The position numbers and the translations under genes were made by a program. Source: Acetobacterium carbinolicum (GTDB lineage: Bacteria > Bacillota > Clostridia > Eubacteriales > Eubacteriaceae). Taken from it: a DNA stretch of 24,000 nt. Below are positions 23,278 to 24,000 of this stretch, in pieces. The notes beneath the pieces are model-generated. The model ran no database searches, had not been told where the DNA came from, and was given only the letters and a program-made list of their open reading frames with translations. Numbering within the stretch: position 1 is the first letter of the stretch; each line of letters opens with the position of its first letter. The stretch lies in the NCBI RefSeq assembly GCF_047456275.1, contig NZ_CP173357.1:2617105-2641104 (forward strand), in the 5' to 3' direction.

Positions 23278-24000
23278 CTAGCGTCTCCGCTTCGGTGGCT
23301 GATTGGATGATCTACTGTCGGAGCCGTTTTGCTTTTTCTTAATTTTAATTTTTTTGTACTTAATATTATTCTTGCGCATAAACTGGACAAACATGATCCG
23401 CAAAATAGCAAGTAGTATCATGATCACAATGATGGTCACATACCAGTAAAGAATTGGATAATCCATCCAGTTTCGGGCTTTCATGGCTTTGACTGCGTAC
23501 AGTGGCGCCGTCTCTACTAAGGTTTCGCCATTGTAAACCTGTAGTTCACCAAGCTGCTCGCCTTCCTTGATATCTGCTTCCAGATTTGCCAGGGTCTCAT
23601 CACCAATCATCTTTGTTTCATCCCATTTAACTTTAGCCGTGTAGTTAGCCTGATCCGTCTGGGGTGCCGCCGTAATCAGCGCCTCATTTGTTTTATATTT
23701 CAATTTATTGCCATCAAACACATGATAGTTGACTACCTGCACAACCCGGTCTTCATCCTCCGGATCCGACCATTCAAGCAGTTCATATTCTTTAACCACC
23801 GCATTAATGGTGTCGCTTGCTTCGCCAAAGACAACCGCCTGATCAGCATTGAGAATAATGCCAATCATTTTCTTATCATTACCTTCCCCTTCAAAAACCA
23901 GGCACTTATTTGCTTCTTCAGTAAAACCGGTCTTCCCACTGGTTGCGTAACCGTTAAAAACCGGATTGGCCCCCGATAAACCATTGATAACCCGAAACTC
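23278..24000 (-). CDS. Serine-type D-Ala-D-Ala carboxypeptidase (peptidase S11, PBP5-like); 5' end lies beyond the window
   Basis: My own translation shows the reading frame stays open from 23868 up to the window edge at 24000 (EFRVINGLSGANPVFNGYATSGKTGFTEEANKCLVFEGEGNDKK-MIGI...). This includes the KTG motif in SGKTGFT. It is followed by a PBP5-type C-terminal beta domain, a TM helix and a polybasic tail. Confidence 0.75.
   Translation of the reverse strand, partial: EFRVINGLSGANPVFNGYATSGKTGFTEEANKCLVFEGEGNDKKMIGIILNADQAVVFGEASDTINAVVKEYELLEWSDPEDEDRVVQVVNYHVFDGNKLKYKTNEALITAAPQTDQANYTAKVKWDETKMIGDETLANLEADIKEGEQLGELQVYNGETLVETAPLYAVKAMKARNWMDYPILYWYVTIIVIMILLAILRIMFVQFMRKNNIKYKKIKIKKKQNGSDSRSSNQPPKRRR

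Noticed and set aside
523-23979. Many 60-140-aa ORFs nested antisense or out of frame within the large genes (for example 523-786, 1547-1909, 3251-3553, 5208-5537, 5583-5983, 6061-6384, 7941-8418, 8878-9325, 10071-10830, 11317-12039, 12576-13505, 14154-15295, 15386-15792, 16443-16939, 18352-18666, 19860-20168, 20697-20960, 22091-22674, 23722-23979)
   Set aside because: Each overlaps a much longer ORF that has clear family motifs. They lack RBSs and have the skewed composition typical of shadow frames (Arg/Ser/Pro-rich or low-complexity).
1-24000. Search for CRISPR arrays, tandem or interspersed DNA repeats, transposases, integrases, phage genes, toxin-antitoxin pairs or known defense-system signatures
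   Set aside because: I saw none. The only repeats are the 33-nt-period coiled-coil repeats inside the SPFH gene (3124-3276) and short leader repeats. All the larger ORFs have housekeeping or metabolic assignments.

Overview
This 24 kb chromosomal segment reads like a strictly anaerobic Firmicute. My best guess is an Eubacterium/Acetobacterium-type acetogen, but that is inference only. I can support 20 protein-coding genes, one cobalamin riboswitch, and several sigma-A-type promoters and intrinsic terminators. I see no rRNA or tRNA gene, CRISPR array, transposase or integrase.

The standout is a riboswitch-controlled six-gene plus-strand operon at about 4.4-12.5 kb. It encodes two tandem ThiC-paralog radical-SAM enzymes, CobT, a class-I SAM methyltransferase and two B12-binding radical-SAM enzymes. 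The leader carries a B12 box rather than a TPP element, so this is not a thiamin locus. It matches the bzaA-bzaB-cobT-bzaC-bzaD-bzaE architecture of the anaerobic route to 5,6-dimethylbenzimidazole (DMB), the lower ligand of vitamin B12. I recognise this pathway from the literature, so I report it as the key system, not as something new to science.

The flanks are ordinary:
- a LarE-like sulfur transferase
- an MsbA-type ABC exporter
- an NfeD-SPFH pair
- a CNNM/CorC-type transporter
- glycerate kinase with a CdaR regulator
- an alpha/beta hydrolase
- an XpaC-TelA envelope-stress pair
- a CbiM(PDGLE-fused)-CbiQ-CbiO ECF metal importer
- the 3' part of a D-Ala-D-Ala carboxypeptidase gene

Secondary items worth a look:
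- an unexplained 127-nt four-helix structured element between convergent genes (849-975)
- a 182-nt structured spacer with a possible internal promoter inside the bza operon
- a perfect 32-nt palindrome between cbiM and cbiQ
- a roughly 140-nt cbiM leader that has no B12 box
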